Assembly: GCF_004010195.1 (NCBI RefSeq)
Contig: NC_057749.1
Coordinates: 26,458,591 to 26,522,590 of the forward strand
Reading direction: 5' to 3'
Origin: Chiloscyllium plagiosum
Taxonomy: Eukaryota
DNA length: 64,000 bases
The notes beneath the pieces are model-generated. The model had not been told where the DNA came from. It made no database searches and worked only from the letters and a program-made list of their open reading frames with translations. Shown here one piece after another: positions 62,760 through 64,000 of the stretch (position 1 is the stretch's first letter; every line of letters starts with the position of its first letter). A program made the position numbers and the translations under genes.

Positions 62760-63885
62760 CTGAAGAACAGAAAGAAAAATATAAAATAAAAGAACTAATG
62801 AATTTTTCAGCAGAGATCAGTGCTTTTTCATTTTTGCCAAATCTGTCAAATGTAAATTACAAGATTAGAACCTGGGAGCAGCATTTCAGCTCCTTGAGCT
62901 TGTTTTGCTTTTGAATTAGATCCTGGTTAATTTGTAACTCAATTCCTTTTATCCATATCGTTGGCACTAAATTGATCACTTCATAGATTTCTAAAGATTA
63001 AGTTACGTCTAATGAATCTAAATGAATTTCTTGTGGAGATAACGAACATGGTAAATAAGCAAGTGTCTGTGGATTTTAATTACAATGACTCCTAGAGATC
63101 ACTTAACAAGGTTTCACAAAACACACTGTTAGGGAAGATGAGGAATAATAAAATTCTTGGTAATACATCAGTGAGGATTAGTTAATTTGTAGGAAATAGA
63201 ATAGCCTGCCAGTTGGGCTATCCTATCTCATGTGCCGTTCATCAGAGGTTACTGGTCCTCTGCTTTTCATTACATTTATCAATAACTTAGATAAAGATGG
63301 GAGCATCTTCTTTAAGTTCCACAGGAGATACAATTGAGAGTCTTGGATCCTTGAACATAAGGAACTTAGATCACTTTTCTAAATGATGAAAAGCTGGGGC
63401 TGTGGAGGATAAGAATGGCTTAAGGACCACATAAAGAAATGACAAACCAGTGCACCAATAGATAACATAAATGAGAAAGCCAACAGAACAGTATTAGCTT
63501 TTATCTTAAATGTGTGAGAAAAGTTAGGTTACAGCTGGGCAGAACTCAGCAATTTGAATACAGCTGTCAGCTCAGCTTCAAGTCAAGTCCCTATAGTGTT
63601 ACCAGACCGTAGAACTGTTCTATAAATAGAGATGACTGGTGATGACTTAATTTAGGGCCCCGACATCTCAAGGGAGGGGAGAAGTTGAGAACAAGAATCC
63701 ATCATGGTAATCCCAAACAGCATGGAAATGGAACGCGCACACCTGATCTTTAGGGAATGCAACACAGATTTATCGAAACAATACAGGTGTAAATGGTTTC
63801 ATTATGATGACAGAGTCTATGGCATTTAAAGTTCCAATTATGCTGGTGATTGTTTCATATAAACATTCTTCGATGCCATATAAAC

Positions 63886-64000
63886 ATTCCTGAAGAAGGG
63901 CTAATGCCCGAAACGTCGATTCTCCTGTTCCCTAGATGCTGCCTGACCTGCTGCGCTTTTCCAGCAACACATTTCCATCTCTGATCTCCAGCATCTGCAG
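63886..64000 (+). mobile_element. Penelope-end fragment (family 1) with an intact hammerhead core
   Basis: CTGAAGAAGGGCTAATGCCCGAAACGTC at 63890-63917, followed by the same tail as 34448-34503. Confidence 0.75.

Noticed and set aside
1..64000. CRISPR arrays, prokaryotic operons or defence systems, and true tRNA genes
   Set aside because: The DNA is vertebrate and has no regularly spaced repeat-spacer array. The tRNA-like A/B boxes all belong to SINE heads.

Overview
Vertebrate genomic DNA, almost certainly from a shark or other elasmobranch (HE1-type SINEs, dense CR1 LINEs, Penelope elements), with four assembly gaps. Two host genes lie on the minus strand. The first is the 3' part of muscle-type glycogen synthase (GYS1): six coding exons between 62759 and 22335 with canonical splice sites and compatible phases, separated by TE-filled introns of up to about 23 kb. 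The second is the 5' part of an unidentified gene (about 7200 down to 371) encoding a Tyr-motif and Pro-rich, adaptor-like N-terminus. The rest is mostly decayed retroelements: one full-length and one truncated Gmr1-like Gypsy element (PR-INT-RT-RH order), two solo LTRs with TSDs, many CR1 and SINE copies, a rearranged Penelope insertion, and several short Penelope-end fragments carrying minimal hammerhead-ribozyme motifs, some folded back into hairpins. The most notable observations are the repeat-expanded GYS1 C-terminal tail (with a probable terminal frameshift and an R-to-Q change next to phospho-site 3a), the hammerhead-carrying fold-back elements, and the unidentified adaptor-like gene. 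No prokaryotic systems are present. All identifications were made by eye and from remembered family knowledge; no database searches were run.
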